Shown here: one piece after another, positions 1 through 14,595 of the stretch
How the letters are laid out: every line of letters starts with the position of its first letter
Position numbering within the stretch: the first letter of the stretch is position 1
Source of the DNA: the human T2T-CHM13v2.0 reference genome, Homo sapiens
Strand: one strand, 5' to 3'
Length of the DNA: 64,000 bases
Assembly: GCF_009914755.1 (NCBI RefSeq)
Contig: NC_060937.1
Translations under genes and position numbers: made by a program
Notes under the pieces: model-generated
Database searches by the model: none
Told to the model about the DNA's origin: nothing
What the model saw: the letters and a program-made list of their open reading frames with translations, nothing else

Positions 1-2289
1 ACTATGAAATACAGGTTGATGTGGTATAATCATGACAGAGTTTATGTTTCTGGTACTGTTTTGTATCTTTGTTCTTTCATATTTGGTCTTTATTTTTTAA
101 TTCCACAGCATTTCAGCTTTGCTAAGGGATAGCAAAGGAAGCTATCTGGGTTTGTGATGGGGCCAGGGTTTTATATGGGAAATAGAATGCATCTGGCAGC
201 TGAGACGTTGGTGTGGGCCTTGGAAATCAAAGTGATACATGCATAAAGAGGAAGTGAAACTTGCAGAGCTATCAGAGTTGGGGCTACTTACACCAGCTGC
301 CTCGGGCCTCCTGCCCATTCCCAGTCTGGAGATGCATCTTTGAGAGTCAAAGGGGCTTGCCTTATTTTAATAGAGGTTTTAATATGCCTCATTCCACTGC
401 ATCCCAAGACCAGGAATTATAGATTCCAGTGCTATTCTATAAGCAAACTCAATTAAAGAAGAGCAAAGAGAGCAAGGTTATATTGAGCAAAGGCAGAAGA
501 TGGGCCCCAGAATAAAAAAGCCATGTTTTTGTTGGGCCTTGATTATCTAATACTCAGAATATTTTAATATGAATATATTTACAATAAATAGCAATAAATC
601 AAAGATCATGTTGGACTTATCTATTGAAAAACTTGTTCTAAGGGCAACGGTATGAGGAAATAAACTGATATTTATTAAGCACCTTCTGTGAGCAATGGGG
701 CTAGAAGCATTCTTTGAACAATGACTAAGGGATGTTAAGAAATCCACCGAAGTTATATAAGTACATCAGTGTTCATGAATGGGTATATAATAAGCCTTCA
801 ATAAGAAGAACATTTCTGCAAGTTATTGTAATATTGGCCAAAACATGGTCCTTCCTCTCATGTAGATTACAGTATTGATTGCCATCTTGAGAAGTTTTGA
901 TTTTCTTTTTTGGGAATGGAAGAAGTTTGAAATTTTCTTTGTTGAAATTCCTGGCAAGATAGCCGAATAGGAACAGCTCCAGTCTGCAGCTCCCAGCGAG
1001 ATCAACACAGAAGGTGGGTGATTTCTGCATTTCCCACTGAGGTACCCAGGTCATCTCACTGGGACTGGTTAGACAGTGGGTCCACAGAGGGTGAGCTGAA
1101 GTGGGGGAGGGGTGTGTCACCTCACCCAGGAAGTGCAAGAGGTGGGGGAACTCCCTCCCCTAGCCAAGGGAAGCCCTGAGGGACTGTGCCATGAGGAATG
1201 GTGCATTCAGGCCCAGAAACTATGCTTTTACCATGGTCTTTGCACCCTGCAGACCAGGAGATTCCTTTGGGTGCTTATGCCACCAGGGCCCTGGGTTTCA
1301 AGAACAAAACTGGGTGGCTTTTTGGGCAGACACCAAGCTAGCTGCAGGAGTTTATTTTTTTCATACCCCAGTAGCGCCTGGAATGCCAGTGAGACAGAAC
1401 CGTTCACTCCACTGGAAAGGGGGCTGAAGCCAGGGAGCCAAGTGGTCTAGCTCAGTGGGCCCCCTATGGAGCCCCCTATGGAGCCCTGCAAGCTAAAATC
1501 CACTGGCTTGAAATTCTCGCTGCCAGCACAGCATTCTGAAGTCGACCTGGGACACTCGAGCTTGGTCCGGGGAGAGGCATCCACCATTACCGAGGCTTGA
1601 GTAAGCAATTTTCCCCTCACAGTGTAAACAAGGCCACTGGAAAGTTCCAACGGGGCAGAACCCACAGCAGCGCCTCAAAGCTGCTGTAGCCAGACTGCCT
1701 CTCTAGATTTCTCCTCTCTGGGCAGGGTATCTCTGAAAGAAAGGCAGCATCCCCAGTCAGGGGCTTATAGATAAAACTCCCACCTCCCTGGGACAGAGCA
1801 CCTGGGGGAAGGGGCAGCTGTGGGCGCAGCTTCAGCAGACTTAAACATTCCTGCCTGCCAGCTCTGAAGAGAGCAGAGGATCTTCCAGCACAGTGTTCGA
1901 GCTCTGCTAAGGGACAGACTGCCTCCTCAAGTGGGTCCCTGACCCCTGTGTCTCCTGACTGGGAGACACCTCCCAGCAGGGGTTGACAGACACCTCATAC
2001 AGGATAGCTCTGGCTGGCATCTGGCGGATGCCCTTCTGGGATGAAGCTTCCAGAAGAAGGAACAGGCAGCAATCTTTGCTGTTCTGCAGCTTCCTCTGGT
2101 GATACCCAGGCAAACAAGGTCTGGAGTGGACCTCCGGCAAACTCCAGCCAATATGCAGAAAAGGGGCCTGACTGTTAGAAGGAAAACTAACAAATAGAAA
2201 GGAATAGCATCAACATCATTAAAAAGGACGTCCACACAAAAACCCCATTCAAAGGTCACCAACATCAAAGACCAAAGGTAGATAAATCC

Positions 2290-3321
2290 ATGAAGATGAG
2301 GAAAAACCAGCTCAAAAAGTCTGAAAATTCCAAAAACCAAAATGCCTCTTCTCCTCCAAAGGATCACAACTCCTTGCCAGAAAGAGAACAAAACTGGACA
2401 GGGAATGAATTTGACAAATTGACAGAAGTAGGCTTCAGAAGGTGGGTAATAACAAACTCCTCCAAGCTAAAAGAGCATGTGTTAACCCAATGCAAGGAAA
2501 TTAAGAACCTTGAAAAAAGGTTAGAGGAATTGCTAACTAGAATAACCAGTTTAGAGAAGAACATAAATGACTTGATGGAGCTGAAAAACACAGCACGAGA
2601 ACTTCGTGAAGCATACACAAGTATCAATAACTGAATTGATCAGGCAGAAGAAAGGATATCAGAGATTGAAGATCAACTTAATGAAATCAAGCATGAAGAC
2701 AAGATTAGAGAAAAAATAATGAAAAGGAATGAACAAAGCCTCCAAGAAATATGGGACTATGTGAAAAGATCAAACCTACGTTTGATTGGGGTACCTGAAA
2801 GTGACGGGGAGAATGCAACCAAGTTTGAAAACACTCTTCAGGATATTATCCAGGAGAACTTCCCCAACCTAGAAAGACAGGCCGACATTCAAATTCAGGA
2901 AATACAGGGAACACTAAAAAGATACTCCTCAAGAAGAGCAACCCCAAGACACATAATTGTCAGATTCACCAAGGTTGAAATGCAGGAAAAAATGTTAAGG
3001 GCAGCCAGAGAGAAAGGTTGGGTTACCCACCAAGGGAAGCCCACCAGACTAACAGTGGATCTCTCTGCAGAAACCCTACATGCCAGAAGAGAGTGGGGGC
3101 CAATATTCAACATTCTTAAAGAAAAGAATTTTCAACCCAGAGTTTCATATCCTGCCAAACTAAGCTTCATAAGCGAAGGAGAAATAAAATCCTTTACAGA
3201 CAAGCAAATGCTGAGAGATTTTGTCACTACCAGGCATGCCTTATAAGAGCTCCTGAAGTAAGCACTAAACATGGAAAGGAAAAACAAGTACCAGCCACTG
3301 CAAAAACTTACCAAATTGTAA
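2290..3321 (+). pseudogene. L1 ORF1p remnant (RNA-binding/chaperone), interrupted by stops
   Basis: ORFs 2290-2634 and 2719-3246 match ORF1p (NEQSLQEIWDYVKR, RATPRHIIVRF, YPAKLSFISEGEIK). Premature stops at 2632-2634 and 3244-3246. Native TAA at 3319-3321. Confidence 0.9.
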
Positions 3322-3384
3322 AGACCATCGAGACTATGAAGGAACTGCATCAACTAATGGATAAAGTAACTGGCTAACATCATA

Positions 3385-6300
3385 ATGACACAATTGAATG
3401 CCCACATAACAATATTGACCTTAAATGTAAACAGGTTAAATGCCTCAAGTAAAAGATACAGACTGGCAAATTGGATAACGAGTCAAGATCCATCGGTGTC
3501 TGTATTCAGGAGATGCATCTCACGTGCAAAGACACACATAGGCTCAAAATAAAGGGATGGAGGAAGATTTACCAAGCACATGGAAGGCAAAAAAGAAAAA
3601 AAAAAAAAGCAGGGGTTGCAATCCTAGTCTCTGATAAAACAGACTTTAAACCAACAAAGATCAAAAAAGACAAATAAAGACATGACATAATGGTAAGGGA
3701 TCAATGCAACAAGAAGGACTATCCTAAATATATATCCACCCAATACAGAAGCACCCAGATTAATAAAGCAAGTTCTTACGTACCTACAAAGAGACTTAGA
3801 CTCCCACACAATAATAGTGGGAGAACTTAACACCCCACTGTCAATATTAGACAGATCAACGAGACATAAAATTAACAAGGATATTCAGGACTTGAACTCA
3901 GCTCTGGACCAAGTGGACCTAATAGACATTTACAGAACTCTTCACCCCAAAATCAAATGAGTATACATTCTTCTCAGCACCACATCGCAATGATTCTAAA
4001 ATTGACCACATAATTGGAAGTAAAATACTCCTCAGCAAGTGCAAAAGAATGGAAATCATAACAAATAGTCTCTTGGACCACAGTGCAATCAAATTAGAAC
4101 TCAGGATTAAGAAATTTACTCAAAACTGCACAACTACATGGAAACTGAACAACCTGCTCCTGAATGACTATGGGGTAAATAACGAAATGAAGGCAGAAAT
4201 AAATAAGTTCTTTGAAACCAACGAGAACAAAGACACAACATACCAGAATCTCTGGGATGCAGCTAAAGTAGTGTTTAGAGGGAATTTTACGGCACTAAAT
4301 GTCCACAGGAGAAAGCAGAAAGATCTAAAATCAACACCCTAACATCACAATGAAAAGAATCTAGAGAAGCAAAGGCAAACAAATTCAAAAGCTAGCAGAA
4401 TACAAAAAATAACTAAGATCAGAGCAGAAACAAAGGAGATAGAGACATGAAAAAACCTTCCAAAAATCAGTGAATCCAGGAGCTGGTTTTTTGAAAAGAT
4501 TAACAAAATAGGTAGACTGCTAGCCAGGCTAACAAAAAAAGGAAAGAGAGACGAGTCAAATAGACACAATAAAAAATGATAAAGGGGATATCACCACTGA
4601 TCCCACAGAAATACGAACTACCATCAGAGAATACTATAAACACCTCTACATAAATAAACTACAACATGTAGAAGAAATTGATGAATTCCTGGACACATAG
4701 ACCCTCGCAAGACTAAACCAGGAAGAAGTCGAATCCCTGAATAGAGCAATAACAAGTTCTGAAATTGAGGCAATAATTAATAGCCTAACAACAAAAAAAG
4801 CCCAGGACCAGATGGATTCACAGCCAAATTCTACCAGATGTACAAAGAGGAGCTGGTACCATTCCTTCTGAAACTATTCCAAACAATAGAAACAGACAGA
4901 CTCCTCCCTAACTCATTTTGTGAGACCAGCATCATCCTGATAGAAAAACCTGGCAGAGTCACAACAAAAAAAGAAAATTACAGGCCAATATCCCTTATGA
5001 ACATTGATGCAAAAATCCTCAGTAAAATACTGGCAAACCAAATCCAGCAGCACATCAAAAAGCTTATCCACCACGATTAAGTTGGCTTCATCCCTGGGAT
5101 GCAAGGCTGGTTTAACATATGCAAATCAATAAATGTAATCCATCACATAAACAGAACCAATGACAAAAACCACATGATTATCTCAATAGATGCAGAAAAG
5201 GCCTTCAATAAAATTCAACACCCCTTCATGCTAAAAACACTCAATAAACTAGGTACTGATGGAACGTATCTCAAAACAATAAGGGCTATTCATGACAAAG
5301 CCATAGCCAATAGCATACTGAAGGGGCAAAAGCTGGAAGCATTCCCTCTGAAAACTGGCACAAGACAAGGATGCCCTCTCTCACCACTCCTATTCAACAT
5401 AGTTTTGGAAGCTTTGGCCAGAGAAAGAAATAAAGCGTATTCAAATAGGAAGAGAGGAAGTCAAATTGTCTCTGTTTGCAGATGACTTGATTGTATATGT
5501 AGAAAACTGCATCATCTCAGCCCAAAATCTCCTTAAGCTGATAAGCAACTTCAGCAAAGTCTCAGGATACAAAATCAATGTACAAAAATCACAAGCATTC
5601 CTATACACCAATAACGAACAGAGAGCCAAATCATGAGTGAACTCCCATTCACAATTGCTACAAAGCGAATAAAATACCTAGGAATACAACTTACGGGGAT
5701 GTGAAGGACCTCTTCTAGGAAAACTACAAACCACTGCTCAAGGAAATAAGGAAGGACACAAACAAATGGAAAAACATTCCATGTTCATGGATAGGAAGAA
5801 TCAATATCATGAAAATGGCGATACTGCCCAAGGTAGTTTATAGATTCAATGCTATCCCCATCAAGTTACCACTGACTTTCTTCACATTATTGGAAAAGAC
5901 TACTTTAAATTTCATTTGGAACAAAAAAAGAGCTCGTATAGCCAAGACAATCCTAAGCAAAAAGAACAAAGCTGGAGGCATCATGCTACCTGACTTCAAA
6001 CTATACTACAAGGCGACAGTAACCAAAACAGCATGGTACTGATACCAAAACAGATATATAGACCAATGGAACAGAACAGAGGCCTCAGAAATAATGCCAC
6101 ACATCTACAACCATCTGATCTTTGACAAACCTGACCAAAACAAACAATGGGGAAAGGATTCCCTGTTTAATAAATGGTGTTGGGAAAACTGGACAGCCAT
6201 ATGCAGAAAACTGAAATTCGACCCCTTCCTTACACATTATTCAAAAATTGACTCAAGACGGATTAAAGACTTAAACGTAAGACCTAAAACCATAAAAACC

Positions 6301-7194
6301 CTAGAAGAAAACCTAGGCAATACCATTCAGGACATAGGACTGGACAAAGACTTCATGATTAAAACACCAAAGGCAATGGCAACAAAAGCCAAAATTGACA
6401 AATGGGATCTAATTAAACTAAAGAGCTTCTGCACAGCAAAAGAAACTATCATCAGAGTGAACAGGCAACCTACACAATGGAAGAAAATTTTTGCAATCTA
6501 TCCACCTGACAAAGGGTTAATATCTGGAATCTACAATGAACTTAAACAAATTTACAAGAAAAAAACAACCCCATCAAAAAGTGGATGAAGGATATGAATA
6601 GACACTTCTCAAAAGAAGACATTTATGTGGCCAACAAACATTTGAAAAAAAATCATCATCACTGGTCATTAGAAAAATGCAAATCAAAACCGCAATGGCA
6701 TACCATCTCACACCAGTTAGAATGGTGATCATTAAAAAGTCAGGAAACAACAGACGGCGGAGAGGATGTGGAGAAACTGGAACCCTTTTACACTGTTGGT
6801 GGGAGAGTAAATTAGTTCAACCATTGTGGAAGAAGTGTGGCGATTTGTCAAGGATCTAGAACCAGAAATAGCATTTGACCCAGCAATCCTATTACTGGGT
6901 ATCTACCCAAAGGATTATAAATCATTGTACTCTAAAGACACATGCACACATATGTTTATTGCAGCACTGTTCACAATAGCAAAGACTTGAAACCAACCCA
7001 AATGCCCATCAATGATAGACTGGATAAAGAAAATGTGGCACATATACACCATGGAATACTATGCAGCCTTAAAAAAGGATGAGTTCATGTCCTTTGCAGG
7101 GACGTGGATGAAGCTGGAAACCATCATTCTCAGCAAACTAACAGAGAAAAAGAAAACCAAACACTGCATGTTCTCACTCATAAGTGGGAGTTGA
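3385..7194 (+). pseudogene. L1 ORF2p remnant (endonuclease/reverse transcriptase), multiple stops and frameshifts
   Basis: ATG lies 63 nt after the ORF1 stop. Fragments include [52 protein letters not shown] and the terminal SLISGS*. Confidence 0.92.
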
Positions 7195-7396
7195 GTGATG
7201 AGAACACATGGACACAGGGAGGGGAACATCACACACTGGGGCCTATTGATGAGTGGGGGGCTAGGGGAGGGATAGAATTAGTAGAAATACCTAATGTAGA
7301 TGACGGGTTGATGGGTGCAACAAACTACCATGGCACATGTATACCTATGTAACAAACCTGCAAGTTCTGCACATGTATTCCAGAACTTAAAGTATC

Positions 7397-7429
<33 letters not shown>
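7397..7429 (+). repeat. (AAT)11 microsatellite derived from L1 poly(A) tail
   Basis: 11 perfect AAT units directly after the L1 3' end. Confidence 0.95.
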
Positions 7430-8586
7430 TCCTTCTGTGGGAATGGAACCAGAATTTTTTCCATAGGAATTTGTCCTATGGGAATGGGCTGTTATTGAAA
7501 TGTTTTGAGATGCTCAACAACTATATGAGAGCTACATTTGAGAAGGATCCTTGTGAATATAGTGCAAAAAATACATTTGAGTTTGGAGGTCATGTGGAGG
7601 GAAGACCATGAATTGAGGGATCTGGACATTTTGTGGATGAGTAGCGAGCAGGACATACGTGCCAAGATGATGTGACAGTTGTTGGAAATTCAGAGTCTAA
7701 AAAGAGATTCAAGGTGGAAACGTAGAGTGGAGGAGTCCTTCACATGCTGTGCAAAAGTGAAAATGAGGTCAGACCAGTGAACATGGTGAGACAACTCATG
7801 GCTCTTTGGCTTTGGGGCTTGTCCCAAGATTAAGCATGTATATTTACTTAAAAAAAAAAAAAAAAAAAACATTGTTCTTATTTATAATGCTTATATTTGG
7901 AGGCATTTGCATCTGTGTGACTACCTCACAAAGATCACATTTCAAGTTGAGAGACTGGAAAGAAGTCAAGATAGGTCATAACCTATGACCAGATTGGAAT
8001 GCTGTTAGTGGAATGTATTGCTGAATGGCATGATTATTTTTAAAAGCCTTGGCTTGATCCTGTCAGTGTGAGTAGAGCAAAGAACTAGGACAAGGTAATT
8101 AGAAAGCAGAGTGAGCAGAGGGCATGGAGGAGATGGATCTCAGTGGCAGACCTGGAACACAGTTCCTAAGGCAAGGCTCAGAACTGGATTTGTAAACAGA
8201 ACTGGGAGAGAGGGGAAGTACCAAAGAAAAAAGTGAACAGGTATCAGAGACTCAGAAGCTGTGAGGGAAGATGGAGAGTAGAGCTGAAGGATCCATGCAG
8301 AGAGACTGATGGCACCTATAGAAAGCAGTAGTAAGCACTTTTGGTGTTATGCCAAGTGTTTGCGTCAGCTTAGGTTAGTCGTAGTTTTCGTGTATTAATA
8401 GGAACCAGCAGCCTTAGTTGGCCAGCCCAAGTCTTATAAAAAGAGATAAATAGGAGGCAAGGAGCTGGACAAGGCAGTTCTTGACATATTCACTCCAGAT
8501 AAGACCTCCATATCCTGGGGTAGGGAAGAAGTAATTTCCCTAACATTTTCCCTATTTCCTCCCTTAATCTAGTGCTATAGTTCTTA

Positions 8587-8741
8587 TAGTTCTTAAACTT
8601 TGGATTGGGGGCATTTTGAGAATTGAGTGAATGCTAGAGATCCACTCTCCAGACAACTGCAAAGACTCATGTACCCTCAAATATTTCCTATAGTTATATG
8701 GGTTCACAGACTTCTCTCAGACCTCTGGCTGAGAACACTAG
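8587..8741. mobile_element. Short hAT-Charlie-type MITE (degenerate)
   Basis: Ends tagttcttaa... and ...gagaacactag. Internal ttttgagaat...gatccactctccaga...gggttcacagac resembles Charlie-family non-autonomous elements. Confidence 0.4.
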
Positions 8742-8980
8742 TACAGGATAAGAAGTCAGCTCTCTCTGGAGCACCTTCTAGCTGCTGTTGAGGAGGGCAA
8801 GTTAAAGCCTCTGCCTCCTTCTTATATGTGTATAGCAGGCAGAAGATAGAGTGGAATTGAGCTAGTGTCCTCACCTCTTGAGTATTCCTAGCTGCACATG
8901 TGTCTATGGACAAGCTGGTCTGGCAGAAGGACATTCTTACTGGGAAGTGTGAGGAAGGATAAATTTGCAGCCCAATCAAA

Positions 8981-8998
8981 CAGCAGCAGCAGCAGCAA
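8981..8998 (+). repeat. (CAG)5CAA short trinucleotide repeat
   Basis: cagcagcagcagcagcaa. Confidence 0.85.
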
Positions 8999-11900
8999 CA
9001 CCAATGACAGCTGCCAAGCATCTCAGGCCTATTAAGAGCCAGCAACTAGATTATATACTTTACCTTACTGCATAAACATTATTACACCCAATTTACTGAT
9101 GTGGAAACTGAGACTAGAACAGTCCATTTTAATGCATCCAGAGGCAGATAGCTGTGTCTGTCTAACTATGAAGACGCTCATTCTTCCATCTCTCCAATTC
9201 CCCCATTTTCCTTGTGGAGATACTCTCTTCTTCCTGCCCTTTACAGAGCAAAAATTAATCTTCACATTTTGGAATTTTCCTATTCCATGTTAGCTGCCAA
9301 GCTAAATAGGGCTGCCACTGGCCCATAAAGTGCCTCTGTGTGAATTAGGGAAAGGCACTACACGTCTTCCAAGTGAACACAGCCCTAAGCCAGGGCACGT
9401 AGTTGGGTGAGCAAAGCATGAGCTGGCTTTCAGTCCCCTCGCCCCCTTTGGCCAGATGCCCTTGTGAAGTGAACAACCTGCCCAACTCTACATAGCAGGC
9501 TTGAGCCAAATTCTTCAAAATGCTATCACAGCTGAAGAGCCAACAACGAAGCTTTGTTCTCAGGAAAAGCTGTAGTGTATTCATGACAGTTCCTCACTGA
9601 TCTTGATATTCAGTAGCTGTATCTTCTTAAACAAATTGCTCTGGAAGTTTACTCTTTTGAAAAGGCATGTACTATAAAAATGGAAAGATAAAACTCTCAA
9701 CAGGAAACCAGGGCAGATCATAACTCTGCTGCAGTTCAGCAAATGAAAATATATCAATAATGAGATGAAGCCCAATTCAAAACAACTTATGTTGTCTTTG
9801 GGCCTCAAAAATAATCTCTTTCCCATTATTAAGGAAAACGTGAACCTTTTTTTCATTTCTTGTAAATCCAAATCTTGTTTCCAAGAGATGATCATGTTTA
9901 GCTAAAATTGCTTCCACTTAGCTATTACAGAGGAATGACAAATACGTTATTGTTGGTGTTTATTGGCATTGTTATTAGTCGGTTGTCAAACCTTGAAGGA
10001 AAAATCAGGGACTGAAACCCTGAAAGAGTAATCTTATTTTCATAAATATGTTCCCCCCAAATTATATCATGCCTGACATCCACTTAGCCTTAATATAAAC
10101 TCCGAGATCTGTTAGGAAAACACATAGAAATGATAAGGCATATTTTGTGATATATTTGCATCTGAAATTATTGTGAACTTTCATGTTTGTATCAGCTGCA
10201 CTGGTGTTTTTCCAGAGTCTGATGGTTTTCTTCAGAGAACACAATCAATTTACCAATCTAGCCCAGAGGCTGCCCCCCATTTCCTCTGTTTATATACGTT
10301 AATCTTAAAGCAAAGAAGGCTGCTGAATTATTTAAGAAACTGAAGGAGGCAAAAATCATCCCAGAGTTAAGGATTACCGATTTTCTACTTGTTCTCCAAA
10401 ATAGTCGCCATGAACACATCAGACCAGTGCTAAGTAAGATAACTTTTCTTTGTTCCTAATCGGGTTTGGTTTGGACTCTTTCCTTGCATATGGGTGTGGC
10501 TTGTGGGCTGCTAGGTGGTCACTTGCCAGCTCTGAGATTGTGAAAATACTAAGGGGGATTTGGAATTTGGGAGGCTTTATTAAACAAGGATTTGGACTAG
10601 AAATGGACAAGTTGTGATACAGGGAAATGGAGCTGGCGGGTTCAGTTGGCAAATGTGATGCTCTTTCATGATCTTAGTGCTGTCCCATTTATTTTGCCCT
10701 TAAGTTCCCCGTGCCTGGCTTTTTCATTGCTTATCCTTGCCCTGAGATAAAATTATCCATACTAAGATTGTAGGTTGCCTGTACAAGGAAAAGTTTGATT
10801 TTACATAGTCCTTTAACTCCAATGGTGAGCAGAGAGGGAGGAGAACCTTTCTGCCCACCCAGCAGGCCCATTTTAAGGCTCATCTGACATTCACTTAAAA
10901 TCACTCATTCTGAGTAGAAAGAGGAAAAGCCTCCTCCTCCCAGAAATACCTCAAGTGGGAAATTCTGGATCTGTATTATCATGGGAGGGAAAGAAAATGA
11001 GCAGCCGTTATCTGTGGCAAGAAAGATAAACTCTGAGAGGCCAGAAATTCTCATCTATAAGAACAAGCAGAGGCACTGGACCTGAAATAATTCACAAATA
11101 AGTTGAGTAAATTATTTTGAACAATGTGATTAAATGAGGGCAAAATAGAGCGCATTGTTTGTTCAAGGAACAAAGAGTCTTAGGAACCAAGCATCTTAGG
11201 AAGATTCATGAACATGACACAAAAATATAAAAACAGAATTATGGAACTGGCTGAACCCTGACTGTCTCAATGCACTAAGGATGTATGTTAGGGCCATTTC
11301 TTTCTTAGGAATACAACAGCTATGACTAATCTTTGAGCTCCTGAACTGGGCTGATTTGTCCCTATATTGCGTTATGACTGCTTTTCTTACTTCTCAATCT
11401 ATTAGGGCATTTGACAGCCTACAAACTAAACATCAGGAGGCTGGCTGAATTTTTTTTATTTTTATCCAGTGTTTTAGTGTTTCATAACCGCAGAAATCTC
11501 TGCTACTTCCTTACCTTGTCTTGATTTTTGTTACTGCTTTAAGTTTCATATTCAAAACAGTTTTTGTTTTTCTCTTAAGAAATTGTGAATCCTACAACTG
11601 ATTACTGTGGTCCTCTCCCCTCCTCAACTATGGGGCATTAGAAAAATAAAGCTTTTTTTTTTTTTTCTGCCTTATGTAAGGAGGAAAATGTCTTCCAGGG
11701 GCTTGGTCATTGACACCCTCATTTATGGACAGGATGGAGCCACTTCAGGTTTGTTAGGCAATTTGAGACAATATAAACCATTTCCTTTTACTGGGGGCTG
11801 AGCAATGCAATTTTCAGCCATGAGGACTCTTAGATAGGAAGATAAGATGTGATTCAACAGAGCCCGGAAGTGATGTGATCTTGCATCGTAAGATCACATG

Positions 11901-12955
11901 AAAGCTGTTATTGATTAGTTTGAAAAGAGAGTGCCTTAAAACCATTATATTTGGTGTGTCATTGATCTTCAGAAACTCTCACGGTGCTGCACCCCAGCAC
12001 TTCTCAATCAGTTTAATAACAATACCCTGAAGAAAGAAATATTCAGAAGAAAGAGCAGAGGACATGAGGTCCTGGAGGCCTCTCTTGATCTTCATATTTT
12101 TGAGCTCTCCCAGCTGTAGCTCTTTGATTCATCACTATTGGGAGATTGGTGGCTGAGGCTGAAATTCACTTCTTGCTGAGAAAAAAAAAAAAAAGGAACT
12201 TTGATATAAATAAATAAGTTGCGTGTTTATTTGTATCAATATCTGCTTTATCTCCTTGTGAGAATCTGAGAAGAGATTAATGACAGTAACAAAACCCCTT
12301 GAGAAATAAATGACCTACTTGACTGACCTATCTGGCTGAAAGACTGCCTCCAGAAGTGGGGTTGGCAGATGTAGCAATGAAGGGAGGAAGGAGAAAGAAT
12401 TGCAGCCTGCTCATCAGGAATTGGGTCCTTGAGCTTTATAACTTTTTTTATTTTCATATTTTTATTTTTCTTAGCTGAGAGGTAGAGAACTGGATAAAGT
12501 AACATATGCTAATATATATTATTATACCCAAGCACACACACATAGGATGTTGTGGGACAATTTTAGAATAGTGTTCAACAAGAGCATGATAATGTCATCA
12601 TTATTTTTTGTGAGCAGATAAAATGAGTTGGATTTGCTTAGAAATTAGTGGAGAATAGATTTCTATTTCAAACAACTAATTAGTCAGCTGAAAATATTGT
12701 TCAAAATGCATTTTATGGCTCTTATATATTATCCTCAAGGAACTATAAATTAGGTGCCTCAAATTGAACATGCAAACAAGACCCATATCAACTCACTGTA
12801 TTAGTTAGACTTGACTCTCTAATTCTTTTGTACCTTCTGCCAAGCCCTTCCTCAATGAAGTAATAGAAACAGTGTTCCATGAAATGAAACCCTAAAATGT
12901 TCCTCATAAAAATATAACAGGGATTAAATGCTTTTAATGTAAAAATCAGTATTCA

Positions 12956-13337
<382 letters not shown>

Positions 13338-13734
13338 CTAGAGAGATGGATGCTAACCTATGCTAGTGAGAAAGGGTGTGCCTTTGATGAACATGGCTTG
13401 ATTAGAATCAGAATGTAGAGCAGTAAATGGGTCTCAAAAATAATGAAATCTTTGGCAAATGAAGAAATAACTCAGATCAGTCAAAATCACACTTTAGAGT
13501 GCTACAAAACTGAACTATGTGAAATTGGTTCAACCTGATTCTACTGGTCATGATCTCCCAAAATAGCCATTTCACGTGGTTCAACCAAATAGAATCTGAG
13601 CTGCCTGTCTCCTGGTCCACTGTTGCAAGTGGGCAAAAGATAGCAGAAACCAAAGGCTTTCATTGTGCCTTGTGCTTGAGTACCTGCCGAGATTCTCCTT
13701 CCAAGGTCAGACAGATAAGCGCAGCATGGGCTGG

Positions 13735-13755
13735 AACAACAACAACAACAACAAC
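13735..13755 (+). repeat. (AAC)7 microsatellite
   Basis: 7 AAC units. Confidence 0.9.
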
Positions 13756-14014
13756 ACCAAACTGAGGGACTCATGCAAACAGGAAAGCAACAAGAGACAT
13801 GCATACACACACAAAAAGAGGCAAAGAGATACATGAAAGAAAGGAAGCCCATATTTTATTGAGCACCTACTATGGAACCTGCACAATTCTGGACATACAC
13901 ATATACATAAAATTCTCACAGAAATATTGCTCTGTAAGTAGTGTCTTCACTTCGCATATGCAGAACCTGAAATTCAGAGTTAAAAGCACTTTCTAAAGAT
14001 GACATTGGTAATAT

Positions 14015-14595
14015 AAACCAGATCATGGCTGCTCCTTTGCTTAAAGAAACAATAATAACAACAAAAACCTATGGCTTTCCATTGCCCTTAAAATCAACTA
14101 AACTTTGTGCCATAACCTAGGGGGCTCTACAGGGTGTGACTACTTCACCTCTCTCCTTTCCACCCCTTACAGCACTGCAGCCACATTGCCTCTTCTTTTG
14201 TTCCTGGAACACACTGGACCCTTTCTTACTCCGTTCCCTTCCCCTTGCTGCTCTCTGCAACAGAACACTCTTTCGCCAGCCCTTTGCGTGAATGGTTCAT
14301 TGTCATCCTTCAGATCTCAAATGTCCCATTCTTCTCAGACCCTCTAACTAAAGCAGCACCTACCCCATTCTGCTCCAGTTCCATGTTCATCTCCCTGTTC
14401 AGTTCTTGGTAGCACTTACCATGGTCTATAATTACATTTATTTATCTACTCTAGTGCTATCTGCTTTGTGTCTGTTTCCCTCATGAGTTTGTAAATTCCT
14501 TAATGTCAAACCATCTGCTTTATTTATCTTTCCCCAGACCCTGGCATACACCTGGCACGTGGTAGGTGTACCGTAAATATTAACTAATAAATGGA
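14015..14595 (+). mobile_element. LINE-2 3' fragment
   Basis: L2-like motifs ccagatcatg...ctcctttgcttaaa, ttcctggaacac, and a 3' end cctggcacgtggtaggtg...taaatattaactaataaatg. Confidence 0.6.

Larger units (their letters stand above)
953..7429 (+). mobile_element. Full-length LINE-1, L1PA7-like, inactivated
   Basis: 5'UTR begins ggcaagatagccgaataggaacagctcc and is ~1.3 kb long. ORF1 and ORF2 remnants are in the ORF track. The 3'UTR is gggggctaggggagggatag...cagaacttaaagtat with an (AAT)n tail. Candidate TSD AATTCCT at 946-952 and 7427-7433. Confidence 0.95.

Noticed and set aside
773-2627. Minus-strand ORFs over the L1 5'UTR and ORF1
   Set aside because: Repeat-derived antisense frames. I could not confirm an intact ORF0 by eye.
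7850-7869. Orphan A20 run as a solo-poly(A) retro-insertion
   Set aside because: No TSD or element body is visible, so it cannot be distinguished from simple slippage
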